This document shows positions 50,499 through 59,872 of a stretch of 59,873 bases of DNA, piece after piece. This stretch comes from a virus. The notes beneath the pieces are model-generated. The model did not search any database, had not been told where the DNA came from, and saw only the letters and a list, made by a program, of their open reading frames with translations. The stretch is taken from UHGV virus genome UHGV-0015476. The stretch is one strand, 5' to 3'. How positions within the stretch are numbered: the stretch's first letter is position 1; each line of letters starts with the position of its first letter. The position numbers and the translations under genes were made by a program.

Positions 50499-53024
50499 AT
50501 GTTTTACATCTACGCCAATGGCAAGTCCATTTATCAGCCGATAGATAACACACTTTCGCTGTTCTCTCCCAAGCTGACGATTGAGATGGGCAAAGCTGGC
50601 TCGCTGACCTTCCAGATTCCTCCCAGTCATCGATACTATAACGCCCTTTCCCAGCTGACGACCACGATTACCGTAGAAATGGACGATACGGAGATCTTCC
50701 GTGGCCGTGTGCTGACCAACAACCGGAATTTCAACAATATGCGGACTGTCTACTGTGAAGGCGATCTGGCCTATCTGGTTGACAGCGTTCAGAAAGCTGA
50801 GAAGTATGACGGCAAAGCACATGCGTTGTTCCGAAAGATCGTCGCTGCGCATAATGCCAGAGTGGAGGCATCCAAGCGATTCACCGTCGGCAACATTACC
50901 GTGGAAGATCGGGACGTGCTGCTGACCGGTGAGTCTGACGACATCCAGAACGAGGAAACCGGCAGGTTCGATTACAAGCAGATCGCCATCAATTCCATCG
51001 CGGATGAATGGCAGAATACCTTCGAGTTTATCGAGACCTGTTTGATCGACTATACCGGTGGCTATCTTCGGACTCGCCGTCAAAATGGAGTTACCTATGT
51101 CGATTTGCTGGCCGATTATGGCACGACCGCTACTCAAGACATCGAATTCGGCAAGAATCTTCTTGATTTGACCGAAGAGGTGTCCGCTGAGGATGTATTC
51201 ACGGTGCTGATCCCGCTGGGCGATGAAAACCTGACCATTGAATCTGTAAACAATGGCAGTGATGAGCTGGTGGATTCCGCAGCAGTGGCCCGTTACGGCC
51301 GCATTGTCAAGACCCATGTCTTTGACAACGTGACTGAACCGACGACGCTTCTCGAAAATGGTCGGCGATTCTTGGCAAGCAATGTGAATGTGCCGGTGAC
51401 GATCACCGTGAAAGCGATTGACATGCACCTGGTTGACCCGAACGCCAGCCCGATTTTTGTAGGGGACAAGGTTCACGTTACATCCGTTCCCCATGACATG
51501 CTTGACACCCTTACCTGCACCAAGATCGAGTACGACCTGGAGAACCCCGCCAACAACACCTACACCTTTGGCACACCCAAACAGAGCCTGACCGAGCGAT
51601 ACCGCAAGGATAAGGCGAAGCAGGACGCTGAACAGACCCGTGGAGGCGGCGGAGGCGGCGCTGGTGGTGGTGGCGTAGGAGAAGCCGTTAGTGAAGAGGC
51701 AAAGAAACAGCTTGACGAGTTTTTCGACGCCTGGATCAATGTCAATCCGGAAGCCGCTCATATCGACCTCGGAGCGCTCTATAAGAAGTTCAATGACGCA
51801 AAAGAGGTGCTTGAGTCATCGTGCGGCGTTTCTCTGGACGCTCCGGCTGGGAACGTTAACATCAAAACGCTGCGGAAAGAATTTGACGATATGGGTCAGG
51901 TTCAGAAGGAACAGGCCGCCTATATCGACTTGCTCAACAATGAACTGGGCGCTCGTATTTCCCTGGTTGCCTCGCAGCATCAGGAATTGGCCAATCTGGA
52001 GGCCGCTCACTATGCGGAAATGACCGTTTCAGCGAACGAGCAGGAAAGTGCCATAAAAGCAAAAGCGGATCGGGTGACAGTCGACGGGATGCTGATCGAT
52101 CTTTCGGCGCTCAAAGATACCGTAACAGACACCAATGAGATTCTGAAACAACAGGTCGGCATCGTGCTGGATGGTTCCCAGGGAAATGTAAACATTCAGG
52201 CTTTGAACAAACGTGTGGATGAGCTTGGAAACGCTACTGCGACCAATGCGGCCAGCATTGAAACGCTGGCGAATGATACCGGATCGAAGATCACACTGCT
52301 GACAGAAAGCGTTGATGATCTCGATACAAAAACCGCGTCCGTCGAATTAAGAACAAGCAATCTCGAATCTGAGATTGAGCTGAAAGCCGATACGGTGACG
52401 ATCACCTCCGAAGTGAATGGGGTAAAGAGCAGCATTGCCTCTGTCAACAGCAAGATCACTACGATCAACAGTGAGATCACCACGATCAACAGTGAGATTA
52501 CGAATGTGAAGAAACTGATTGCCAGTGAGATCGAGGCCGTCAAATCAGATATCACATGGATGACGGCAAAACAACTTACGGTTAATTCGGTAACGGCAGA
52601 TAATTTGTACTCCAACAATTACGTTTCCTCTCCACGAATCAGTATGGGAGGCTATCTGGTAGCGACGCAGCATTGGGTGGAAGAACAGCTGGACGGATAT
52701 TTGACATCCCTTCCGGATTACATCAAAGTCAAAACACTTTCAGCCACCACCAATATGTATTATCAGGGTTGGACTGTCGCCACGCAGAAATGGGTTAAAG
52801 AATACCTGTCCAGTTTCAAGATTTCCTGGGACAACATTTCCGGAAAGCCTGATTATTTCCCGGCCAAATCTCACAGGCACAGCTTCAGTTTCAGTAAGAC
52901 TCTCCCCAACGGGCATAGTCATAAAGTTACGATAAACGGGACGAGCTATACGTCCACAGGCGTTTCTGCGAACGCAACGCATAGCCTGTCGGTCAGTGGC
53001 AACACCGGTTACACAGGAGGGTAA
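50499..53024 (+). CDS. Tail-associated lysin / prophage tail endopeptidase-like protein, 841 aa.
   Basis: N-terminus MFYIYANGKSIYQPIDNTLSLFSPKL...EMDDTEIFRGRV is typical of the tail endopeptidase family. Contains a Gly run (GGGGGGAGGGG) and a coiled-coil. Confidence 0.6.
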   Translation: MFYIYANGKSIYQPIDNTLSLFSPKLTIEMGKAGSLTFQIPPSHRYYNALSQLTTTITVEMDDTEIFRGRVLTNNRNFNNMRTVYCEGDLAYLVDSVQKAEKYDGKAHALFRKIVAAHNARVEASKRFTVGNITVEDRDVLLTGESDDIQNEETGRFDYKQIAINSIADEWQNTFEFIETCLIDYTGGYLRTRRQNGVTYVDLLADYGTTATQDIEFGKNLLDLTEEVSAEDVFTVLIPLGDENLTIESVNNGSDELVDSAAVARYGRIVKTHVFDNVTEPTTLLENGRRFLASNVNVPVTITVKAIDMHLVDPNASPIFVGDKVHVTSVPHDMLDTLTCTKIEYDLENPANNTYTFGTPKQSLTERYRKDKAKQDAEQTRGGGGGGAGGGGVGEAVSEEAKKQLDEFFDAWINVNPEAAHIDLGALYKKFNDAKEVLESSCGVSLDAPAGNVNIKTLRKEFDDMGQVQKEQAAYIDLLNNELGARISLVASQHQELANLEAAHYAEMTVSANEQESAIKAKADRVTVDGMLIDLSALKDTVTDTNEILKQQVGIVLDGSQGNVNIQALNKRVDELGNATATNAASIETLANDTGSKITLLTESVDDLDTKTASVELRTSNLESEIELKADTVTITSEVNGVKSSIASVNSKITTINSEITTINSEITNVKKLIASEIEAVKSDITWMTAKQLTVNSVTADNLYSNNYVSSPRISMGGYLVATQHWVEEQLDGYLTSLPDYIKVKTLSATTNMYYQGWTVATQKWVKEYLSSFKISWDNISGKPDYFPAKSHRHSFSFSKTLPNGHSHKVTINGTSYTSTGVSANATHSLSVSGNTGYTGG

Positions 53025-53030
53025 ATCAAA

Positions 53031-53288
53031 ATGGTGACTTTACATGAGCTCAGTCAGGAAGTGGTTAAGATTCGCGAGGCGGTTAACGCCATAGAAGTGA
53101 AGGGACGGCAGAACGCTGCGCTGATTGTATACTGCTGTGAGAAGTGTGACAACATTACCAAAGCGATCAACGAAGCGATCGTTGCGCTTTCGGCTTCAAA
53201 TAACCAGCCCCGCGAAGAACTGACAACTGAAAACGATCCGCCTGAGGAAGAGGATGAAGTAAATGAGCAAAATTCAAGAATATCTTGA
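53031..53288 (+). CDS. Small hypothetical protein, 85 aa.
   Basis: Coupled ORF between the tail genes. Confidence 0.4.
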   Translation: MVTLHELSQEVVKIREAVNAIEVKGRQNAALIVYCCEKCDNITKAINEAIVALSASNNQPREELTTENDPPEEEDEVNEQNSRIS

Positions 53289-55344
53289 AAAAATCCGCAC
53301 GGCGGTTTATGGCGTGGACGTTCGAGATGCGATCCACGACAGCATTAACGAGTGTTATACCGACGTAAGCAATGCAAAAACGCTGGCAGACGACGCCGCA
53401 TCTTCCGCCACGGCTGCGGCTGCCAATGCGGACAGCAAAGCTTCCCTGGCTGACACTGCGACAGCCAACGCCAATGCGGCTGCCGAAAAAGCAAACGCCG
53501 CTGCTGAAGCAGCCGACACGGCCGCAACAGCTGCCAACGTGGCTGCGGAAAACGCAGACAAAAAATCCGCCCTGACAGATACAGCAGCGAGCAACGCCAA
53601 TGCCGCGACAGCCAATGCCAACGAGGCAACGGCCAAGGCGCAGAAAGCAACAGAAGCAGCCAATGCTTCGGCTGAGAACGCAAACAGCAAGGCTGCTCTT
53701 GCGAAGCAGGCTGCTGCGAGCGTTGACGAAGCCAAGACTGCCGCAGCGAGCGCAGCAGGCGCCGCAAACGAAGCCGCAACCGCCGCCAATTCGGCGGCAG
53801 AGAATGCACATGAAAAAGCCAGTATTGCTGCCAAAGCCGCCACCAATGCGGATACGGCTGCGGCGGAGGCTAATGCATCCAAAACAGCAGCCGACACGGC
53901 AACTGAAACAGCCAACAACGCGGCAGCGAGCGCCGATGCGGCAGCGAAGACGGCAACCACCTCCGCGAAGGACGCGGACAAAGCCGCCGCTGCTGCCAAC
54001 ACAGCAAGGGACGCTGCCAATATGGCAAGGGACGCTGCCAACAATTCCGCAGCCAATGCAAATGCCGCCGTTATTTCTGCAAGCACCGCCGTTACCAATG
54101 CTAACACGGCAGCTGTCAACGCAAACGACAAAGCTGCATTGGCTGAAACGGCCGCTTCCAACGCCAACACAGCAAGGGACGCCGCCAACAGCGCTTCCGT
54201 GAAAGCAAATTCTTCCGCTTCAACCGCGGACACCGCGGCTCAAAATGCGAATGCGAAAGCTGAAACAGCCAGCAAGGCCGCGTCGAATGCAAACAGCGCG
54301 GCCTCCAATGCGAATACCGCAAGAGATTCTGCGAACGATGCTGCTTCCGCTGCCAACACCGCCGCGACCAAAGCCAACAACGCTGCCAAAAACGCCGATC
54401 TTGCGGTTACGGAATGCAACACCGCCATCTACAACGCTAATGTCGCTACGGCAAGTGCCGCCCGTTCTGCGGACCGTGCTGACGCTGCTTCCACACTGAT
54501 TGAAGGATTGACAGTCACTTCGCAGAATGTGGGACCGGACGATCTGGCAGAGGCAACCATCAGCGAAGTAAACGGTCACAAGAACATTCACTTCAGACTG
54601 AAACAGGGGGCAACCGGCGCGCCCTACATCATCAAGGGTCACGCCTTTGGAACGCTTGAAGATCTTGAATCAGCCGTTTCCTCCCCCGCGATCGGCGACC
54701 AGTACAACGTTGGCACAGAACCGCCGTATCATGTTTTTCGCTGGACGGGAACGTCCTGGGAGGATCAGGGTTCCATCGGCATCAGTATTCAGGGGATCAC
54801 CACTGCCGAAATCGATGCGATCGAAAACGCGGAATCCGTTGACCAGACAACCGGCAAGTATCTAGACCTCGTCGGATTTGAATACTATGCCCAGCAGAAA
54901 GTCAAGGTTTCGCTGGCTTCAAAGGTAGACAAGGTGGCCGGCAAGGACCTGAGCACGAATGACTTTACGGATGCGTATAAGAAACGGATTGACACGCTTG
55001 GCGACAATGTGACCGCTCTGGTAAATACCAAAGTTGATAAGGTCAGCGGAAAAGGTCTGAGTGCGAACGATTTTACGGACGCATATAAGGCTCAAGTTGA
55101 CCAGAACGCATCGGACATTGACGCTCTGGAAGCAGGAAAAGTGGACAAGGTGGCCGGTAAGGATCTGAGCACAAATGACTTTACGGATTACTATGTGCTG
55201 AAGATTGCCGAGCTCGAAAGTATGTTTGATGAATTTGCCAGAACCGGAACCATTTGGCGAACGATTGAAGATTCCAACGGCAACGCGATTCAGGATTCCA
55301 GCGGCAACACCATTGACGGACGCATTGTATACGCCCAGAAATAA
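53263..55344 (+). CDS. Tail fibre protein with a long Ala-rich low-complexity region and C-terminal VDKVAGKDLSTNDFTD repeats.
   Basis: 693 aa. ~370 aa of A/N/T/D/K low-complexity sequence, then three copies of KVDKVxGKxLSxNDFTDxY. Confidence 0.6.
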   Translation: MSKIQEYLEKIRTAVYGVDVRDAIHDSINECYTDVSNAKTLADDAASSATAAAANADSKASLADTATANANAAAEKANAAAEAADTAATAANVAAENADKKSALTDTAASNANAATANANEATAKAQKATEAANASAENANSKAALAKQAAASVDEAKTAAASAAGAANEAATAANSAAENAHEKASIAAKAATNADTAAAEANASKTAADTATETANNAAASADAAAKTATTSAKDADKAAAAANTARDAANMARDAANNSAANANAAVISASTAVTNANTAAVNANDKAALAETAASNANTARDAANSASVKANSSASTADTAAQNANAKAETASKAASNANSAASNANTARDSANDAASAANTAATKANNAAKNADLAVTECNTAIYNANVATASAARSADRADAASTLIEGLTVTSQNVGPDDLAEATISEVNGHKNIHFRLKQGATGAPYIIKGHAFGTLEDLESAVSSPAIGDQYNVGTEPPYHVFRWTGTSWEDQGSIGISIQGITTAEIDAIENAESVDQTTGKYLDLVGFEYYAQQKVKVSLASKVDKVAGKDLSTNDFTDAYKKRIDTLGDNVTALVNTKVDKVSGKGLSANDFTDAYKAQVDQNASDIDALEAGKVDKVAGKDLSTNDFTDYYVLKIAELESMFDEFARTGTIWRTIEDSNGNAIQDSSGNTIDGRIVYAQK
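53380..54500 (+). repeat. Low-complexity GC-rich Ala-codon repeats; source of many spurious ORFs on both strands.
   Basis: Iterated GCNGCNAAYGCN patterns. Confidence 0.7.
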
Positions 55345-55365
55345 CGAGAAAAGGAGACCTGCCTA

Positions 55366-56184
55366 ATGAAAATTACGGAGTTTTCTACGATCAGCGAGCT
55401 GGCGAGTGACAGCGTTCTGCTTGTTGACGGCAGCACGGGAACGAAGAAGATCCTTACCAGCGATGCTATTTTGGAAATGCTGAGTCAGATCAGTCCCCAG
55501 AACCATCGACTGATTTACCGCGGCAAGAGCCTTGGTTCCAGTTTCACACCTGCCCAGAGAAGCGCCATTCAAAATGGTTCGTTTGACGGTATTTTCCTTG
55601 GCGATTACTGGACTATTGACGGCGTTACCTATCGTGTCGCCGATTTCAATTACTGGCTGAATTGTGGCGACACGGCCTTTACAAGTCAGCATCTGGTGAT
55701 TGTGCCCGACACCATTCTATACAGCCATGTGATGAATGATACAAATACCACAACCGGCGGCTACACTGGTTCCAAGATGTATACGGAAGGCCTGAACCAG
55801 GCAAAGACCATGATTACTGCTGCATTTGGCGACGCGGTGCTCGCCCACAGAGAATACCTGACCAATGCTGTAAGCAACGGCCGCCCTTCCGGCGGTGCAT
55901 GGTTCGATTCCACTGCCGAGCTGATGAATGAAAACATGGTTTATGGCGCCAATATTTTTGCACCGCACAGCGACGGATCTAGTGTGCCTTCTCTATACAT
56001 GGTCGAAAAGGGTCAGCTGGCGCTGTTTCAGGCAGTACCGCATTTCATGCACAACCGACAGCAGTTCTGGCTGAGAGATGTGTTGTCAGCGACTACTTTC
56101 GCCTATGTGGTTGCCGATGGCCGTGCGGCCTTCAACGCTGCTTCAACCGTTGCTGGAGTTCGTCCGGCGTTCGTCATCGGTTAA
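55366..56184 (+). CDS. Tail-fibre-associated / receptor-binding-like protein, 272 aa.
   Basis: RBS AAAGGAGACC upstream; position after the fibre gene. Confidence 0.4.
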   Translation: MKITEFSTISELASDSVLLVDGSTGTKKILTSDAILEMLSQISPQNHRLIYRGKSLGSSFTPAQRSAIQNGSFDGIFLGDYWTIDGVTYRVADFNYWLNCGDTAFTSQHLVIVPDTILYSHVMNDTNTTTGGYTGSKMYTEGLNQAKTMITAAFGDAVLAHREYLTNAVSNGRPSGGAWFDSTAELMNENMVYGANIFAPHSDGSSVPSLYMVEKGQLALFQAVPHFMHNRQQFWLRDVLSATTFAYVVADGRAAFNAASTVAGVRPAFVIG

Positions 56185-56243
56185 ATCCTGGGGCTATGCC
56201 ACTGTTTCTATTTTCACCTATGTAACAAGAGGAGGATTATTCC

Positions 56244-56552
56244 ATGAATGAACAGGAATACAGAATCGTTCTGAGCGACGGCAGCGAGATTAGCGGACTG
56301 CGGATGAACGGAAACAACTTTGTTTCTGATTCTCCCATTGACGCAACGATCTTTGAAGGCGTACTTTCCCCCGTAACGATCTATGAAGGACTTATTCCCG
56401 TTGTCCACGATCATATGGAGCTGGTACAGGTTACGAAGACTAGCAATGAAGACTGGTTTGTGCTGCGCGATATTCCAAAGAGCGAGCTGAACACTATTCA
56501 GGTTCGCGCGGACATCGACTTCATTGCCATGATGACCGACGTAGAGCTATAA
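56244..56552 (+). CDS. XkdW-position-like hypothetical protein, 102 aa.
   Basis: RBS AGAGGAGG upstream; sits between the fibre and XkdX-like genes. Confidence 0.4.
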   Translation: MNEQEYRIVLSDGSEISGLRMNGNNFVSDSPIDATIFEGVLSPVTIYEGLIPVVHDHMELVQVTKTSNEDWFVLRDIPKSELNTIQVRADIDFIAMMTDVEL

Positions 56553-56568
56553 GGGAAGGAGAAAGCGC

Positions 56569-56721
56569 ATGAGTCCGAAATATGAGCTGGTGAAGAAATA
56601 CTACAACTGCAAAGCCTGGAGCAAGGACCGTGTAAAAGCGGCTGTTGTGAAGGGCTGGATTACGGAAGAGGAGTATAAGCTGATTGTCGGGGAAGCTTAT
56701 GCTCAGCATGAAGGAGCTTGA
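56569..56721 (+). CDS. XkdX-like small protein, 50 aa.
   Basis: RBS GAAGGAGAAAG upstream. Sequence GWITEEEYKLIVGE. Below the ORF-track cutoff. Confidence 0.4.
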   Translation: MSPKYELVKKYYNCKAWSKDRVKAAVVKGWITEEEYKLIVGEAYAQHEGA

Positions 56722-56761
56722 TGGATGGTCGTCCGTACAAACTGAGGAAGGAGGAATACGA

Positions 56762-57577
56762 ATGAGCTATGACTATAAACGGGTCATTCAGGTGGCTGAG
56801 AACGAGATTGGCTATCTGGAGAAGAATGACAAGACGAACCTGGACGATAAGACTGCGAACGCCGGCAGCAAGAACTACACCAAGTATGCGCGAGACCTTG
56901 ATGCGCTTGGTTTCTACAATGGCCGGAAGAACGGTTACGCCTGGTGTGATGTGTTTGTGGACTGGTGCTTTGTGCAGGCCTATGGGCTAAGCGCGGCGCT
57001 GAAGCTGACCAATCAGCCGATGGGCAAAAGCAACTGCGGTGCTGGATGCAAATACAGCCGCCAGTATTACCAGAAGAAAGGGCGCTTGTTCGATGCACCG
57101 CAGCCGGGCGATCAGATCTTTTTCTGGCCCAAGGACGCTATCGGCGGCCCCGCCGTACAGCATACGGGACTGGTATACGCCGTGGACGGCAGCTACGTTT
57201 ACACCATCGAGGGCAATACCTCCGGCGCGAACGGCGTGATCGCCAACGGAGGCGGTGTGTGCAAAAAGAAGTACCGCCTGACCTACAATCGCCTTGCCGG
57301 TTACGGACGGCCGGACTGGGGGACGGAGGTCGAAACCCAGCCCGTTACGCCTGCGCAGCCTGAGCCTACGGTTCCCGATGGCAAGGTGATTACCATCACG
57401 GCGAACTCGGTGAACATGCGCGTGGGCGATTCCACCAAGTATGCCAGCCTGGGGCACCTGAAAAAGGGCGAAGTGCTGGAATGGGTGGCTGACGCGCCGG
57501 GCGGCTGGCACGCCGGGCGGCATGGGAAGCAGATCGTCTGGGTATCCAACAGATACTCCGCCGTTTCCGGCGGCTAA
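56762..57577 (+). CDS. Endolysin: N-terminal CHAP peptidase and C-terminal SH3b-like cell-wall-binding domain.
   Basis: Catalytic Cys in GYAWCDVFVDW and His in QHTGLVYAVDG. C-terminal VITITANSVNMRVGDSTKY...GEVLEWV is SH3b-like. Confidence 0.7.
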   Translation: MSYDYKRVIQVAENEIGYLEKNDKTNLDDKTANAGSKNYTKYARDLDALGFYNGRKNGYAWCDVFVDWCFVQAYGLSAALKLTNQPMGKSNCGAGCKYSRQYYQKKGRLFDAPQPGDQIFFWPKDAIGGPAVQHTGLVYAVDGSYVYTIEGNTSGANGVIANGGGVCKKKYRLTYNRLAGYGRPDWGTEVETQPVTPAQPEPTVPDGKVITITANSVNMRVGDSTKYASLGHLKKGEVLEWVADAPGGWHAGRHGKQIVWVSNRYSAVSGG

Positions 57578-57594
57578 GAAGAAAGGCAAAAAGT

Positions 57595-57897
57595 ATGGAT
57601 TCATGGATTCAGATGGTCCTCACCATCGTCTGCGCGGTCATTGCGTCCTCCGGTTTCTGGGCGTATATTTCCAAGCGCTACGAAAAGAAGGACGTCAAGA
57701 CGCGGATGCTCGTGGGACTTGCCCACGACCGGATTTTGTTTCTGGGGATGCGATACGTTGAACGTGGATATATCTCCAGTGACGAATATGAAAACCTATA
57801 CGAGTATTTATATCGACCTTATGAAAAGATGGGCGGAAACGGCTCCGCTAAACGTGTAATGCAGGAAGTAAACAAACTGCCGATTCATTCGCAGTAA
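57595..57897 (+). CDS. Single-TM membrane protein (holin/antiholin-like), 100 aa.
   Basis: N-terminal TM segment MVLTIVCAVIASSGFWAYI; sits in the lysis cassette. Confidence 0.35.
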   Translation: MDSWIQMVLTIVCAVIASSGFWAYISKRYEKKDVKTRMLVGLAHDRILFLGMRYVERGYISSDEYENLYEYLYRPYEKMGGNGSAKRVMQEVNKLPIHSQ

Positions 57898-57918
57898 GCC
57901 AAAAAAGGAGGAGCAACC

Positions 57919-58242
57919 ATGCTCAAAGCAATGTTGAGTCAGCCGATGGGCGGCAAGACTCAGGAAGAAATCGTGGAAACCCGCGAACGCGCAATTCGTG
58001 CGCTTCAGGAGCGGGGCTACGAAGTCGTCAACACCCCGTTTACGGATGAGTGGTACGGCAAAGAAGCCATGGAAGCGCGCGGCGTTGTGCAGATTCCGCT
58101 GTGCTTCCTGGCAAAGTCTCTGGAAAACATGAGTCTTTGTCATGCCGCTTATTTCTGTAAGGGCTGGGAGCAGGCCCGCGGCTGCCGCATCGAGCACGAA
58201 GCCGCCAAGGCCTACGGCCTGGAAATCATCTACGAAGCGTAA
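57919..58242 (+). CDS. DUF4406-like protein (nucleoside 2-deoxyribosyltransferase-like).
   Basis: RBS AAAAAGGAGGAG upstream. A pattern (MLSQPMGG...VVNTP...WEQARGCRIEHEAAKAYGLEI) seen in a conserved prophage family. Confidence 0.4.
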   Translation: MLKAMLSQPMGGKTQEEIVETRERAIRALQERGYEVVNTPFTDEWYGKEAMEARGVVQIPLCFLAKSLENMSLCHAAYFCKGWEQARGCRIEHEAAKAYGLEIIYEA

Positions 58243-58255
58243 GGAGGAAGCAAGT

Positions 58256-58474
58256 ATGTTGAGCAACAAGACCTACGATGTTCTCAAGTGGATTGCGCTG
58301 TATTTGCTGCCCGCGCTGGGCACGCTTTACTTCGCGCTGGCAAGAATCTGGAATTTCCCCTATGGCCAAGAGGTGGTCGGCACGATCACTGCCATCGACA
58401 CCTTCCTTGGCGTTCTGCTTGGCATCAGCACTGCGCAGTACAACAAGGAAAATGCCCCGCTGGATGATGATTGA
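58256..58474 (+). CDS. Holin, SPP1 / Phage_holin_1 family.
   Basis: MLSNKTYDVLKWIALYLLPALGTLYFAL...GVLLGIS closely resembles SPP1-type holins. RBS AAGGAGGAAG upstream. Confidence 0.7.
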   Translation: MLSNKTYDVLKWIALYLLPALGTLYFALARIWNFPYGQEVVGTITAIDTFLGVLLGISTAQYNKENAPLDDD

Positions 58475-58664
58475 TATGAAGTGACCTCTTGGGAAAGCGC
58501 TCGTCCACGCGGCGGGCGCTCTCTCTTTTGGTTTTCGCCTTCGTGAAAAGGAGATTGACATGAACCCTTTGATCGCCTATACTTTGAACAGGATCGGGGA
58601 CAAAATCCGGTCGACGAACCTTGAAAACAAAAGATTGTGCTCTTCCTCAGAAGAGGAGGAGACC

Positions 58665-59726
58665 ATGTCCATTAACAAGAAAAAGATTCGGCGGGAAGTT
58701 GTGCTGAACGGTGTAAAGGTCTGGGTCACGGCAGACACTGAGCAGGAGTATGTGGAGAAGGTTCTGCGGCTATCTGGCGCGACTGGTGGTTCTACCATGA
58801 AGCACAGCTTTCGGGAATATGCGGAAAACTGGTTTGAAGTGTTCTCCAAGCCGAATGTGGCAAACGTGACGGCGCTAACCTACAAGCGGCAGCTGGATCA
58901 CTATATTCTGCCGGTCTTAGGTGATAAAAACCTGGAGGACGTGACGCCCGCGGACGTACAGTCGGTTTTCAATCAGATGGATGATGATGCGAAGCAGGAG
59001 ACAAAAAACAAGGTCAAGATCGTTCTCAACCAAATCTTCAAAATGGCTTTGGATGACGGTTTCATCCTGCGAAATCCGCTGCAATCCTCCGCTGTGAAGA
59101 TCAAAGGGAAGGCAGCCAATGTCACAGAGCCATATACCGTCGATCAGATGCGGTTTCTGGCAGCTCATTTAGGTGAGGTAAAACGAGAAATGGATCGTGC
59201 CTGGCTGGCTCTGTCTATTTCCCTTCCATTGAGGCCTGAAGAAGTACTTGGGTTGAAGTGGGAGGATGTTGATGTAGAGAACTGTGTGATTCATGTGCGG
59301 AACACGGTAACGCATCCGACCAGGAATGAGCCTGAGTTTAAGCCCTACACCAAGACCGCATCAAGCGTTCGGGAACTGGCATTCCCAAAAGAGATTCTGG
59401 CATACCTTCCGAAGCCCGGAAAGCCGGAGGATTTTGTGGTCGGCGGGGAGAAGGCAGTGAGCTACACGCTGCTCCGAGGCATCCGCAAGCGGATCAACTG
59501 GGATACGCACTTCGGGGAGACCATCACGCCAAGGCGGTTCAGGACGACAGTTGCGACGGATATTTCTGCAATGACCCATGATCTGAAGCTGGTACAGCAG
59601 ATGCTGGGTCACAGCACGCCACAGATGACACTCAAGCATTACGATAAGGGTCGAAGTGGAGCGATCGATGCCTCAAAAGCCATTGGTCAGTGCTATGGAT
59701 TCGGCGGCCAACTGACGGATTTCTGA
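58665..59726 (+). CDS. int: Tyrosine site-specific integrase.
   Basis: RBS AGAGGAGGAG lies 6 nt before ATG 58665. Catalytic residues are R (LRPEEVLGLKWEDV), a HxxR box and the H...Y box (LGHSTPQMTLKHYDKG). Confidence 0.85.
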   Translation: MSINKKKIRREVVLNGVKVWVTADTEQEYVEKVLRLSGATGGSTMKHSFREYAENWFEVFSKPNVANVTALTYKRQLDHYILPVLGDKNLEDVTPADVQSVFNQMDDDAKQETKNKVKIVLNQIFKMALDDGFILRNPLQSSAVKIKGKAANVTEPYTVDQMRFLAAHLGEVKREMDRAWLALSISLPLRPEEVLGLKWEDVDVENCVIHVRNTVTHPTRNEPEFKPYTKTASSVRELAFPKEILAYLPKPGKPEDFVVGGEKAVSYTLLRGIRKRINWDTHFGETITPRRFRTTVATDISAMTHDLKLVQQMLGHSTPQMTLKHYDKGRSGAIDASKAIGQCYGFGGQLTDF

Positions 59727-59776
59727 CGGCGCATACAATAGTAGAAACTCTTCAGAAACTGACGGATTTCTGACGG
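59710..59776 (+). repeat. 20-bp direct repeat AACTGACGGATTTCTGACGG x2 (59710-59729 and 59757-59776). The first copy overlaps the int stop codon. Candidate integrase arm-type / att-proximal sites.
   Basis: Exact duplication 47 bp apart. Confidence 0.7.
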
Positions 59777-59850
59777 AAAAACAGATGAGGTCGCCAATTT
59801 GCAAGTCTAGAAAGCCGATCTTGCAAAAAGACGTCCAAAACGACGAAAAA

Positions 59851-59872
59851 AACCAGTCATTTCTGACTGGTT
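59851..59872 (+). terminator. Terminator hairpin AACCAGTCA-TTTC-TGACTGGTT preceded by an A-tract. It could terminate in either direction.
   Basis: 9-bp perfect stem at the window end. Confidence 0.45.

Noticed and set aside
53167-54642. Numerous ORFs on both strands across the Ala-rich fibre region (53355-54233 minus, 53600-54202 plus, and others).
   Set aside because: They are products of low-complexity GCN repeats. They are Pro/Arg/Ala-rich nonsense with no starts or RBSs.
30-59797. A 10-bp match (CGACCTCATC) between the tRNA fragment at the left end and GATGAGGTCG near the right end was considered as an att core.
   Set aside because: The two copies are in inverted orientation. att cores must be direct repeats, so this is probably coincidental.
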